Below, piece by piece: positions 10,004-19,748 of a stretch of 56,840 bases of DNA. Under the pieces are notes generated by a model that was given only the letters and a program-made list of their open reading frames with translations, was not told where the DNA came from and ran no database searches. The stretch is taken from IMG/VR virus record IMGVR_UViG_3300025120_014829, positions 1 to 56,840 of that record; one strand, written 5' to 3'. The stretch comes from a virus (Duplodnaviria > Caudoviricetes). The number at the start of each line of letters is the position of its first letter. Position 1 is the stretch's first letter. Made by a program: the position numbers and the translations under genes.

Positions 10004-10658
10004 TTTTAATAATTGATCTGATCAATTCTAATTCGTCAGGCGTGTCTATTTGAAAAGACCTCTTTAGTGGAATATTAACATTTCCAATCCTACCACTATA
10101 TCTTAACCTGTTTTTGATTAAATGTTCTCTCTTTGTTATGTAAAAAGCGCCATTTTCGATTAAAAGTTCTGGCATCTGTTGTCTTCTAGGTCTTCTTTCA
10201 GGTGTCCAATTGACAGGTTGAACTGTTTCTTTATCTGAATAAACCCATTTAGGTACCCAAGTTTCAACTGTTGTACTAAATACTGAATCAAATTTTCCGC
10301 TCAAGACTTTTTCAATGCCTAAGTCTATGTCTTTCGGTAGAATTAATGGAGAAGTTGTCTGTATGAAACAAAGCAAATCAAAGTCAACCTTTTCAACAAA
10401 ATCCATTAAAGCATCTTCACACTTTGCTGAGTCTGTTGCTAACGCCAACGGGCGATCGACAACTTTTGCGCCTAAAGCTTCACAAACTAATCTTATCTCT
10501 TTATCTTCTGTTGAGACATATCTTTCTGTTATGTGCTTTGACTTTTTTGCTGCATCAAGAACATAATGTACAAGTGGATATCCGCAAATATCAGCTATGT
10601 TTTTTCTTGGGACACCTTTACTTCCTCCCCTAGCTAATGTCAAAGATACTATTTTCAT
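9984..10658 (-). CDS. neuA: CMP-nonulosonate (acylneuraminate) cytidylyltransferase
   Basis: ARGGSKGVPRKNI, QTTSP, RRQ, ENGAFY, IDTPDE. Confidence 0.92.
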   Translation of the reverse strand: MKIVSLTLARGGSKGVPRKNIADICGYPLVHYVLDAAKKSKHITERYVSTEDKEIRLVCEALGAKVVDRPLALATDSAKCEDALMDFVEKVDFDLLCFIQTTSPLILPKDIDLGIEKVLSGKFDSVFSTTVETWVPKWVYSDKETVQPVNWTPERRPRRQQMPELLIENGAFYITKREHLIKNRLRYSGRIGNVNIPLKRSFQIDTPDELELIRSIIKNGVHLD

Positions 10659-10659
10659 T

Positions 10660-11496
10660 TCAACCCCTTAAAGACTTAAGCTTTGCTACTTCACCAGGAT
10701 ACAAAACTCTAGGTCCTGCTTTACCGAGTGATTTTTCAATTGCGCGTACGCCTTTAACTAGTTTGTAAACACCGTTAGGCTCAACTGAACTGCTTTGATC
10801 AGATCCCCACATATTTCTATCAATTGTTACATGTCTTTCAATCCACGTTGCACCTAGCGCTGCAGCACCGTAAGTTGTTGGGAGGGGATACTCATGTCCA
10901 CTATACCCTATTTCTTTGTTCGGCCACTTATTTCTCATATAAGATATTCGACTTAAGTTGATTTCTTCTATAGGGCAAGGATAAGTCGAATTTGTATGGA
11001 AAATTATATCAGGATTGCATACTGCAACGCATTCTTCAATTTGTTCCTCGTTACTCATACCCGTTGATATTTGAAGTATATCACAGTTTTGCCTAGCATA
11101 TTTACAAAGTTCCAAGTCTGTTATTTTAGCTGAAGGTATTTTCATTAAAAGTTTACCGTCTGGTTGCGGGTATTGTTTCATAAAGTCTACTGAATTCTTG
11201 TCCCACACACTAGTAAACCACTTTATACCTAGCTTTCGGCAATATGTGTTAATTTCATCGTATTCTTTTTTTTCAAACTCTATTTTCTTTTTATAGTCGA
11301 TATACTTTATTTCACCCCAAGGTGTTTTTCTCATTTTGTTTTTTTGTTCATCAGGAACACATATGTCTGGTGTTCTCTTTTGGAACTTAACAAAGTCACA
11401 ACCAAACCTATGACATACATCAATAATCTTTTTTGCTGTATTTAAATCTCCGTTGTGGTTTATGCCTATTTCGGCGATAATCTTTATATTACTCAT
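10660..11496 (-). CDS. neuB: NeuB-family nonulosonate synthase lacking the C-terminal SAF/AFP domain
   Basis: IAEIGINHNG, VKFQKR, KIPSA, STGM, GYSGHE, IERHVT, GSDQ; only 278 aa. Confidence 0.92.
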   Translation of the reverse strand: MSNIKIIAEIGINHNGDLNTAKKIIDVCHRFGCDFVKFQKRTPDICVPDEQKNKMRKTPWGEIKYIDYKKKIEFEKKEYDEINTYCRKLGIKWFTSVWDKNSVDFMKQYPQPDGKLLMKIPSAKITDLELCKYARQNCDILQISTGMSNEEQIEECVAVCNPDIIFHTNSTYPCPIEEINLSRISYMRNKWPNKEIGYSGHEYPLPTTYGAAALGATWIERHVTIDRNMWGSDQSSSVEPNGVYKLVKGVRAIEKSLGKAGPRVLYPGEVAKLKSLRG

Positions 11497-11535
11497 AATT
11501 CTTACCTCTTTTTATTATTATACTTGGTAAATAAT

Positions 11536-12348
11536 CTATTTATAAAAAACACTATTTTCATCATAGACAGAGTACCCTAGAGATTTTAAATGTGATCGCA
11601 AACTATCTTTAATTTTATAGCTCTGTCTTTTTAATTGTTTATTTTGTCGCTGAAACGCACCCATTCTGTGTGTTTCGCTAAATATGTTACCTTCTGCGCC
11701 TAAGCACAAAAAGATACTATGCCTATTAGTGTTTTCATCTTTCATCTTAGAATTATTATACACAATGCCTCTGTGACTTAATCGACAGTCAAAAACTATC
11801 ATGTCACCCTTTTTTGTACCTAGTGCAATTCCATTGTCAAATGAACTATGTGAATTCTTAGGATACAAATGTGTACCAGGTTTTACAGACAAACCACAAC
11901 CGTCAATATCGTGATCTTGCAGATAAAAACATACTCTATAAACTTTATAGTCTGGGTGAAATATTGATGAGCTTGCGTGATTATTACCTTCTTTAAAATG
12001 TTTTTGATTAGAATCTTCATGCCAACCACTAGATAGATTTCTGTGAGCGTCAAAATGATCTAAATACATTACATTAGCATCACAATGATACTTTAAAAAC
12101 GGTAATAAGTGTTGAGCGTTAAAAACTAACTCCATATCTTTAAAGTGTTCGTTTGATATTGCATCTGGTACCACAAAATTGGCAAATCTTTTATCATCAA
12201 TGACATCACTTTTAATATTTGGATCGTCAAACCAGGTGTCAATTAACGATTTAAATGTATTACAAGTTTCTTGCGATATCGCATTTTGGAAAACTGTGAA
12301 TCCATATCTTAGTAGTTCTTCACTTTTATTTGCATAATTATCTTTCAT
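11536..12348 (-). CDS. PhyH-like 2OG-Fe(II) dioxygenase
   Basis: WHED (HxD), V.PGTH, GD.IVFD.RL.HRG, distal Arg; start at 12348 overlaps the upstream stop. Confidence 0.8.
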   Translation of the reverse strand: MKDNYANKSEELLRYGFTVFQNAISQETCNTFKSLIDTWFDDPNIKSDVIDDKRFANFVVPDAISNEHFKDMELVFNAQHLLPFLKYHCDANVMYLDHFDAHRNLSSGWHEDSNQKHFKEGNNHASSSIFHPDYKVYRVCFYLQDHDIDGCGLSVKPGTHLYPKNSHSSFDNGIALGTKKGDMIVFDCRLSHRGIVYNNSKMKDENTNRHSIFLCLGAEGNIFSETHRMGAFQRQNKQLKRQSYKIKDSLRSHLKSLGYSVYDENSVFYK

Positions 12349-13034
12349 TGGACTGTCCATCCTCCGTCTACAGGTATTGTACATCCTGTCATATATTCAG
12401 ACTTGTTACTACATAGTAGTTGGACGATGCCAAACAAGTCTTCTACACGACTCATTCTTCCGTGTGGGACATTTCTTGTAAATTTTGATTTAAAATCCGG
12501 CGCCATTTCATTAGTTTCGATACCACCTGGGCAGACACAGTTAGCTCTTACTTCTGGTGCAAAATGAGCAGCAATATATTTTGTTAATCCAATCACAGCA
12601 TGTTTGGAAGTAACGTAACCAATGTGTTTCATTACTCCGTCTGGATATATGTCTGGGCGAGGTGATCTAACAGCATACAAAGATCCAAAGTTGATTATTG
12701 ATGTTTTCTTTCCTTGGTTATTCTTTATGAACTCTCTACACACGTGGTATAGTGATGTTATATTAACATTACAATATTGGTTCACTTCTTCTGGGTCCAT
12801 TTCTAGGAAACTGTTCTCGTAATTTTTTTTACCCATATGATGATTCATGGCAAACAAATTTAACAAGACATCAGCTTTTGTTTTTTTAAAAAATTCTTGG
12901 ACGAAGTTTCTGTCTGTTAAATCATGCCCTAGAGATTTATCTAAGCAAACAACTTTGTGATCAATGCTTTTTAAAAAGCTAACTAGCTTAGGACCAATTA
13001 CGCCTTCTGACCCGGTTACAATAATTACTGACAT
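12345..13034 (-). CDS. Short-chain dehydrogenase/reductase (PtmA/ElaC-like)
   Basis: TGSEGVIG, YVTSK, RANCVCPGG, VDGGW. Confidence 0.88.
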   Translation of the reverse strand: MSVIIVTGSEGVIGPKLVSFLKSIDHKVVCLDKSLGHDLTDRNFVQEFFKKTKADVLLNLFAMNHHMGKKNYENSFLEMDPEEVNQYCNVNITSLYHVCREFIKNNQGKKTSIINFGSLYAVRSPRPDIYPDGVMKHIGYVTSKHAVIGLTKYIAAHFAPEVRANCVCPGGIETNEMAPDFKSKFTRNVPHGRMSRVEDLFGIVQLLCSNKSEYMTGCTIPVDGGWTVQ

Positions 13035-13900
13035 ATTTCAACGATCCTCTTTGCTCTTAAAAATGCTTTTCTATTATCATCTTTAAAGTTTTTCTGTGTT
13101 GTTATTTTGTTTTTAAAATCTCTTACTTGACTTATGAATGTGTCGTTTCTTGTATGCTTTTTAGTATTCATATCAAAAGTTAATGTCTTATTCATCTTGT
13201 CAGTTACTTCAAATTTAAAATGATTAACTTTTGGGTCATCCACTCTAATTTCCCAATCAATGTTTGTTTTTTCAGAAATACATGTACCCTTAAAAACAGA
13301 AAATGATTGGATATCCAAGTTTTTACTACATTCTTTTTTCAAATTTAAAACATCAATATCTTTAAACAATTCTAGAATCAAGTCTATACCATGACATAAA
13401 GTCAAGCCAACACCATCTCTCGCCAAATCAGAATCCCTATAGTCTTCCCATGGGTGCCAATTAGGCAAATAATCACTATGCAAGAGCCTTATACTTTTAA
13501 TTTTATTTGTTTTCAAATAATCTTTTAGATCTAAGAAGACTGGGTGATATCTGTAGTTATAACCTACCTGTATCAAATTCTTATCTGGTGTTTCACTTAA
13601 AACCTTTAATTGTTGTTCGTTTAAAACAGCCGGTTTTTCTAAGAGGATGTGACAACCTCTAAAAGATGACGTGAAATGTGCATGAGTACTACTTGGAGAC
13701 GCAATAATAACTATATCAGGTTTCCAATTAATCGCATCTTGTTCTGATGTAAAGTAATTTCTGACAAACTTAAATGGCCTTTCTTTGCTTCTTCTTAAGA
13801 CACCTATTTCTACGCTCGCTGGAAATACTGTATTAAACATTGTTAAGTGCCTAATACCTATCGACCCTAAGCCCACAATTAATGCTTTTTTAATTTCCAT
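13025..13900 (-). CDS. Gfo/Idh/MocA oxidoreductase
   Basis: GLGSIGIRH, LEKP, VGYNYRYHP, YLPNWHPWEDYR. Confidence 0.88.
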   Translation of the reverse strand: MEIKKALIVGLGSIGIRHLTMFNTVFPASVEIGVLRRSKERPFKFVRNYFTSEQDAINWKPDIVIIASPSSTHAHFTSSFRGCHILLEKPAVLNEQQLKVLSETPDKNLIQVGYNYRYHPVFLDLKDYLKTNKIKSIRLLHSDYLPNWHPWEDYRDSDLARDGVGLTLCHGIDLILELFKDIDVLNLKKECSKNLDIQSFSVFKGTCISEKTNIDWEIRVDDPKVNHFKFEVTDKMNKTLTFDMNTKKHTRNDTFISQVRDFKNKITTQKNFKDDNRKAFLRAKRIVEICQ

Positions 13901-14520
13901 CTGTCTAACTGTTCCTTAAAATCAATGTCTACCGGGATGTAATCAAGTAGAAAACTTTCTGTGATGCCTTCACCGTAAAGTTGGTTATCTAGCTTATGGA
14001 GCGAAGATCCTTTAAAAAGGCAAATGTAATGTGTTAATAATATAATATCTCTAAAGTCCTGGTATCGGTAAAAACTATGTTCAATAACCGGCTTCATATT
14101 ATCATGATACCTCGCCATATACGGAGAATACTCAGGCTTATAAAAAGATATTATAGATTCTAAGTTTTTTTCATTAAATATTTTATAAGCTAATTTGTAA
14201 TCATCAATTTTTCTTTCAGGTGATGTTAAGTACATCATAAAAATGTCTCTGTCATACAAGTTTTTCTTAGCGACAACATCTCTGATTACCGGAGTAACTG
14301 GCATATCATCTGTTGATATTTCTTCTGGCCGGTATACTGGTGTAAATCCTGAATTGTGGACTAACTCAGTAAGTTCTTTGCAGTCTGTAGATACGTAAAC
14401 TTCATCAAAAAAACTATCATTATCTTTCAAAAACTTACATGTAAATTCCCAAAGAATTCTATTCTTTGATGGAAATCTTTTAGAACCACCTCTGGCAGGT
14501 ATAATTACTATTGGTTTCAA
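13879..14520 (-). CDS. Second NeuA-like cytidylyltransferase
   Basis: IPARGGSKRFPSKN, VSTD, TSPER, VDID; TTG start. Confidence 0.85.
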   Translation of the reverse strand: MKPIVIIPARGGSKRFPSKNRILWEFTCKFLKDNDSFFDEVYVSTDCKELTELVHNSGFTPVYRPEEISTDDMPVTPVIRDVVAKKNLYDRDIFMMYLTSPERKIDDYKLAYKIFNEKNLESIISFYKPEYSPYMARYHDNMKPVIEHSFYRYQDFRDIILLTHYICLFKGSSLHKLDNQLYGEGITESFLLDYIPVDIDFKEQLDRWKLKKH

Positions 14521-15299
14521 TTTATTTTAACTCCCTGAACAATTCCATTATATACAGAATTCTCAGGGTTTACTAAAAATATTTTTGTTTTTTCTCTTAA
14601 CTTAGACAATCTTTCTCTATGTTGATGCCAATGTGTGATATTTCTATTTTTCATTCTATAATGTCTGTCGCTAGGATTATTTTCATAACTGTGTGACTGC
14701 CCGCCATCAAAACCTACAAGGAATATTTTTGAAGCACCTAAAAACAAAGCTAAATCAATTAGCAGAAAACCTGAACCGTACCAACCTTTCATGCTGATAT
14801 CATTACTTTCGTCAAAAACTCCGTGTCGTTCCTTGAGTTTGTAAAATGGACTGACTACATAATAAAACTTATCTTTTCTATCTTTAGTATTGTGTATCAT
14901 TTCGCTTATATACTCTTGCAAAGGTATGTCACCCAACCATTCATCTCTAACATGTGTTTGATTAAGAGCTACTGGATTTTTTTTAATATTTTCTGTGTTG
15001 TTATATTTGTCATAGTTTATGCATATATCTGAGAATATTATTTTTGAATTTTCCAAATCGACATTGTTTTTTCTCCACCACATTATTGACAGGGGATCAT
15101 GAAGCATGTGATAGTCTGCTTTTATAAAATCCATTTTGTAATTACAACATAACGTCACTTTATCTTTTAGAAAATCTTTGTTTTGTCTTTTAAAATCTTC
15201 TATGGAAGGTCCACCTCCAAACACTACAAATTCTTCTCCTTGCCTGGAAGATTTTAGTTCTGATACCTGTTGTATTGTCGCTCTAAAAGAGTCTATCAT
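14517..15299 (-). CDS. Maf/DUF115-like (GT29-related) nonulosonate transferase candidate
   Basis: VFGGGPS near the N-terminus and ALFLGASKIFLVGFD motif. Confidence 0.65.
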   Translation of the reverse strand: MIDSFRATIQQVSELKSSRQGEEFVVFGGGPSIEDFKRQNKDFLKDKVTLCCNYKMDFIKADYHMLHDPLSIMWWRKNNVDLENSKIIFSDICINYDKYNNTENIKKNPVALNQTHVRDEWLGDIPLQEYISEMIHNTKDRKDKFYYVVSPFYKLKERHGVFDESNDISMKGWYGSGFLLIDLALFLGASKIFLVGFDGGQSHSYENNPSDRHYRMKNRNITHWHQHRERLSKLREKTKIFLVNPENSVYNGIVQGVKIN

Positions 15300-15964
15300 T
15301 TTATTGCACTTGCTAGGATCATTTTCTCTCTTGCAAAACGCAAATACTTTGTCTGTCTCATGAATTTATAGAAACTAAAGGGTATTATTTCACATAAAAA
15401 AGTGAATAATTTTAAGAATTTAAATTTCCACACTAGTGGTAATTGCGTAAATATTTCTGAATTAACATTTTTAAACCCATACAACTCTAAAACATATTTA
15501 AGAGAAGTTTTTGTGTAAGGATGAACGTGTGTAGGGTCATCATAAAAAACATCAGACTGGGTCTGCCAGTCTGGTGTTAAAATAATTAACATCCCACCTT
15601 GCTTTAGAACCCTATTACACTCAATTAAAAATAATTCTGGGTCTACAATGTGTTCAATTACAGATTTAGAAAAAACTACATCAAAAGTGCCATCTTCAAA
15701 AGGTATATTGCTCTTTGTTAAGTCTGTCTTTACATAAGTGAAATTGTTGGATGTTGGCAAATCTATGTTGTCAACACCGTATACTTCTAATCCTAGATTT
15801 GCAAAATTACTACATTGTATACCGACGCCAGAGCCAACATCTAACAATTTAGAACCTGATTTAATTCCAAATTTTTCACAAAGATGCTTACACATTAGCG
15901 AAGGATAGTCACTACTACTTGTTAACCTAACTTTATTCTGTTCATAATATTTTTGTAAGTCCAT
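15296..15964 (-). CDS. Class I SAM-dependent methyltransferase
   Basis: LDVGSGVG, FDVVFSKSVIEH, RVLKQGG, DPTH. Confidence 0.9.
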   Translation of the reverse strand: MDLQKYYEQNKVRLTSSSDYPSLMCKHLCEKFGIKSGSKLLDVGSGVGIQCSNFANLGLEVYGVDNIDLPTSNNFTYVKTDLTKSNIPFEDGTFDVVFSKSVIEHIVDPELFLIECNRVLKQGGMLIILTPDWQTQSDVFYDDPTHVHPYTKTSLKYVLELYGFKNVNSEIFTQLPLVWKFKFLKLFTFLCEIIPFSFYKFMRQTKYLRFAREKMILASAIK

Positions 15965-15977
15965 CTATTTAACCTCG

Positions 15978-16949
15978 CTAAAAATGCCCGACCATATGAT
16001 CTAATATCCTTTCACAAGAATTATAATCCCACAAATACAATTTTTTAGCATCTTTGTCATATAAGTCATCTAGAACATTATACTTCTTACTCTTTATATT
16101 TACAACCTCTGTGTCCATCATAATAGCTTCTTTTACAGTGCATGAGTCTGTATTGATCACAACATCTGATATATAAATCAATTCTAACATTGTTGACGGC
16201 CAGAATCCTCTATCGTAAAAGTAGTGACTAATAACATCTGTTTTAATTTGCTGGAATGGATCTTTTACTCGGGTCTTTGTTATAATTGTGAAGCCTTTAT
16301 CTTTGTACTCAATTAACTTTTCTTTAAATTTAGTATTTTTTAAATCGTTAACCCTAGGGTACACAAACAATGCATACTTTTTATCTTCTAAACCATATTT
16401 TTCTAAAATACATTTTTTGTCAAATTGATTTACTAAATCATACTTTGGTGATCCTAAAAACAAGTTTTTATTTTCGTTTTTTGATATAGCTTGCACAGTC
16501 TTTGCAACAACTTGTTTTGTGTGCTGCCCACCTGTACCTAGAATGACTTTGTTTTCGTCCTTTATAAAGTTTATAAAGTATTCGCTTGGAAAAACACAGA
16601 AGTCAACGTCATCAATGTATTTAAAATATGTATAAGAATAGTCTGTCAGTGTTGTCAGTGAATATATTAATGTGTTTTTTTCTTTAATAACAGGATTCCA
16701 TCGACCTTCGTTACAAACTCTAATCTTAGATGCATCATTATCCCTGTCAAACTTTGGAATATTATTTTTGTTCATTAGATTGACTGTCCAATTGAAGTTT
16801 TGTTCAATTGATATTGAACACCATTTTTTCCAACCAAAGTTAATGTCAAAAGAAACTTTGAGGCCTCTTTTTTTAGCATAGTGAACTAAGGGAATGTAGT
16901 ACTTTAAGTTACTGCAGTCGCCTAAAGAAAATACTAAATCATAATGCAC
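15978..16949 (-). CDS. Putative GT-B transferase (glycerophosphotransferase/sialyltransferase-like)
   Basis: GSPKYD and SDVVINTDSC.VKEA resemble TagF-like/GT-B motifs; cluster context; GTG start. Confidence 0.5.
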   Translation of the reverse strand: MHYDLVFSLGDCSNLKYYIPLVHYAKKRGLKVSFDINFGWKKWCSISIEQNFNWTVNLMNKNNIPKFDRDNDASKIRVCNEGRWNPVIKEKNTLIYSLTTLTDYSYTYFKYIDDVDFCVFPSEYFINFIKDENKVILGTGGQHTKQVVAKTVQAISKNENKNLFLGSPKYDLVNQFDKKCILEKYGLEDKKYALFVYPRVNDLKNTKFKEKLIEYKDKGFTIITKTRVKDPFQQIKTDVISHYFYDRGFWPSTMLELIYISDVVINTDSCTVKEAIMMDTEVVNIKSKKYNVLDDLYDKDAKKLYLWDYNSCERILDHMVGHF

Positions 16950-17864
16950 TTAGTGCTCCATTAAAGAAAGGTATGCCTGGCAACAATTTTCAATTGAGAG
17001 ATCGTATTTTTTAATATTTAATACATACTCTTCATAGTTTTCGATGACCTTTTCGAGTTTTTGTTTAAAATCCTCAATTGTCCTAAAAGGCTCACCATAT
17101 CTCTTACAGCCTTCGTTTATACCTCCACCGTCCTCGTGATAAAGTATGGGTAAACCACACGCTGCGGCTTCGATGTGGTGCATTCCACAAGGTTCCCACT
17201 TAGATGCTGTTAAATATATGTTACCTAATTTTATCTTTTCTGCTAGAGCTTTTCCGGTGTGAGGTTCTATCATTTCAATGTTTTTAGTTTTAATTGAATC
17301 ATTAAACCTTCCGATGAACGTAAATTTCCAGTTATTTTCAATGCATGCATCGTCTAACTCTTTGTAAAAGTCATAACCTTTTAAAATATTATTGGACCAG
17401 TGATGAGTAACTAAGTGTACCCCATCAAAATCCTTGACATGTTCATCAGGGGTAAAATCTTTTGTATCACATCCGTTATATATGACACTAGAAGAACCTT
17501 GATAACCTTTCTGTTTGAAATAGTCTTGTAACCATTGACTTATAAATACAACTTTATCACTTAGTTCAGCACATTGCATTAAGATATCATCTAGCCCCTC
17601 TGATCCTTTTCGTTTATCACATTCATTAATCCTGTGAATAATTTTTGTTGACGGGTTTTTGCGACGATATTCAAATATATCGTTTGCATCAATACCATAA
17701 CTACTAGGTCTAGGATCGATCATTACAATATAATCAATTGATGGTACTAACTCATAAAACACTTCATGACCTTTGCTTTTAAGTAGTGAAGTCATACCCT
17801 TGACGAATAGGTTTCCTCCGCCCCAAGGACCACTTACTGGTTTTCTACTAATACAAACTCTCAT
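16950..17864 (-). CDS. Glycosyltransferase, GT4-like
   Basis: GPWGGGN, KG.D, EPCGMHHIEA; start at MRVCIS (17864). Confidence 0.85.
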   Translation of the reverse strand: MRVCISRKPVSGPWGGGNLFVKGMTSLLKSKGHEVFYELVPSIDYIVMIDPRPSSYGIDANDIFEYRRKNPSTKIIHRINECDKRKGSEGLDDILMQCAELSDKVVFISQWLQDYFKQKGYQGSSSVIYNGCDTKDFTPDEHVKDFDGVHLVTHHWSNNILKGYDFYKELDDACIENNWKFTFIGRFNDSIKTKNIEMIEPHTGKALAEKIKLGNIYLTASKWEPCGMHHIEAAACGLPILYHEDGGGINEGCKRYGEPFRTIEDFKQKLEKVIENYEEYVLNIKKYDLSIENCCQAYLSLMEH

Positions 17865-18811
17865 GTGATATCTCTCCAATCTTCTGGTTTAACTCTTTCA
17901 GGGTCTAGATGTACTTTTTTCCAACTGCCACTTTTATCTATAGGTGCCTTAAAGCCTATTGTCTTTACAACTTGTTCAATTCCTAACGGTTTGTCGATGT
18001 TTTCATATTGTGAGTCTAATGCATCCTTATACTGTACGAGTTCATAATACAAATTTTCTTTTTTAGCTTCCCAGTAGTCTCCAAAAATACGGTCACCTCT
18101 GACTCTACCCATCGTACCACGACTATCAGTATATATCGCTGCTGCTACTGGATAGAGTGGCATTAACTGATTCCACGATATCAAACCTTCCATTTTCATC
18201 TTTTTAATTTTAGAATCAATCTCAGCTTCTGCACTCGACTCACCTTCATGTGAAGTTTTATTAGTAGACCACTCACCTATATACTTTTTAACTTTTTCTT
18301 TTGAGAAGAATGAATTGCAGGAAGGCGTAAATGGACCACGTTGGTAATCAAAGACAAAGCCTAGGTTGATACCCATAACATTGCTGTATGTCCCTCTAGT
18401 AACGCGTGTAGCCCTTTGTGCATCAAGTAGAATCGAACCTACAAACTCACCAAGGCCTTCGTATATATCGACATAGTCTTTCAGCCAACCGCCCTCTACG
18501 ATAAATTGCATATCACCTGCTAGTGGGCAAACATATTTACCCTTAGCCATGCTAATAATTGTATTCAAACCTCTCGCGAATTCATTGTTAGGATCTCTTG
18601 TTTTATTTCTAACAATTTTAAAACCTCTGTCTTTTAATCCTTCAAGGTATTCATCTGTCCCCGCTTCAATAGATGCGTTGTCAATAATTATCAGTTCTTT
18701 ATTTTTATAATCTTGTGTGCACTTCAATAAAGATTCTACGCAAGATTTTAAATAAAATAGTCGATTACAGTTTATAAAACCAAACGTTACTATAGGTAAA
18801 TCATAGTCCAT
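17861..18811 (-). CDS. Glycosyltransferase, GT2-like
   Basis: NCNR..YLK.C.ES, ELIIIDNAS, ARGLN. Confidence 0.82.
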   Translation of the reverse strand: MDYDLPIVTFGFINCNRLFYLKSCVESLLKCTQDYKNKELIIIDNASIEAGTDEYLEGLKDRGFKIVRNKTRDPNNEFARGLNTIISMAKGKYVCPLAGDMQFIVEGGWLKDYVDIYEGLGEFVGSILLDAQRATRVTRGTYSNVMGINLGFVFDYQRGPFTPSCNSFFSKEKVKKYIGEWSTNKTSHEGESSAEAEIDSKIKKMKMEGLISWNQLMPLYPVAAAIYTDSRGTMGRVRGDRIFGDYWEAKKENLYYELVQYKDALDSQYENIDKPLGIEQVVKTIGFKAPIDKSGSWKKVHLDPERVKPEDWRDIT

Positions 18812-19748
18812 AATATTCTTTCATCCATTCAACAGTCTTTTTGACACCTGCTTCAAGAGTAAAAGTACTTTTATGGTTTAAGTCTCTTACAGCTTTTCTT
18901 GCATCTACAAACTTATCTTTTGTTGTTAGTATTTCATTTTTTTGTACGTATTCTACTAATTTAGGATCAGCACCTGTGTATTTTAAAACTAAATCAACTA
19001 ACTCTTCAATAGTATGATTATCTTCACTGGCAATATTGTAAGTTTCGCCGGCGATGAAGTTGTCAGAAATATTTGCAATTGTTGTTGCACAGTCATATAC
19101 ATAAGTAGAAGTCCTAGTATGCCCTGTGAAGCATTTGATACTTTTTCTGTGCAAAAGGTTGTATGTGAACAAGCAGTTAACACTTCTGAAAGGGTGATAC
19201 CATTCCCCTGGGCCATATGTATTAAAAATTCTAACAACAACAGACTGTGTGTCATACATGATTTTAGAATTTTTAATTTGCATTTCATTCACTCTTTTAG
19301 ACATTGCATAATCATTCATTTGCATTATTGCTACATTGTCTAAAAGATCTTCGTACATAACGTTCCTATAATCGCCATAAACTTCAGACGATGAACAATG
19401 TACTAACTTGAATCCTGCTTTTTCTTGAAGTCTTATGATGTTTTTTGTACCAATTGCATTTGATTTCCAAACTTTTTCATAAAAATATTCTCCATTCCAT
19501 CTTCCAAACTCAGCGGCGCAATTATAAATCAAGTCAGGCTTAACATGATTGACTACATCTTCAATCTGTCTATATTCAGATATATCACAGCGAAAATAAT
19601 TCTCATCGCTTCTTTTACCTAAACCATGACCGTAGATCTTGTTTGTATGGTGTAAGTCTACACCGAAAACAGAATGGCCGCGACTAGCTAATATCTCTTC
19701 TAGTTTAGAACCTACAACACCGAGAACGCCCGTAATTAATATTTTCAT
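18801..19748 (-). CDS. NAD-dependent epimerase/dehydratase
   Basis: TGVLGVVG, SSSEVYG, YAMSK, RIFNTYGP. Confidence 0.9.
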   Translation of the reverse strand: MKILITGVLGVVGSKLEEILASRGHSVFGVDLHHTNKIYGHGLGKRSDENYFRCDISEYRQIEDVVNHVKPDLIYNCAAEFGRWNGEYFYEKVWKSNAIGTKNIIRLQEKAGFKLVHCSSSEVYGDYRNVMYEDLLDNVAIMQMNDYAMSKRVNEMQIKNSKIMYDTQSVVVRIFNTYGPGEWYHPFRSVNCLFTYNLLHRKSIKCFTGHTRTSTYVYDCATTIANISDNFIAGETYNIASEDNHTIEELVDLVLKYTGADPKLVEYVQKNEILTTKDKFVDARKAVRDLNHKSTFTLEAGVKKTVEWMKEYYGL

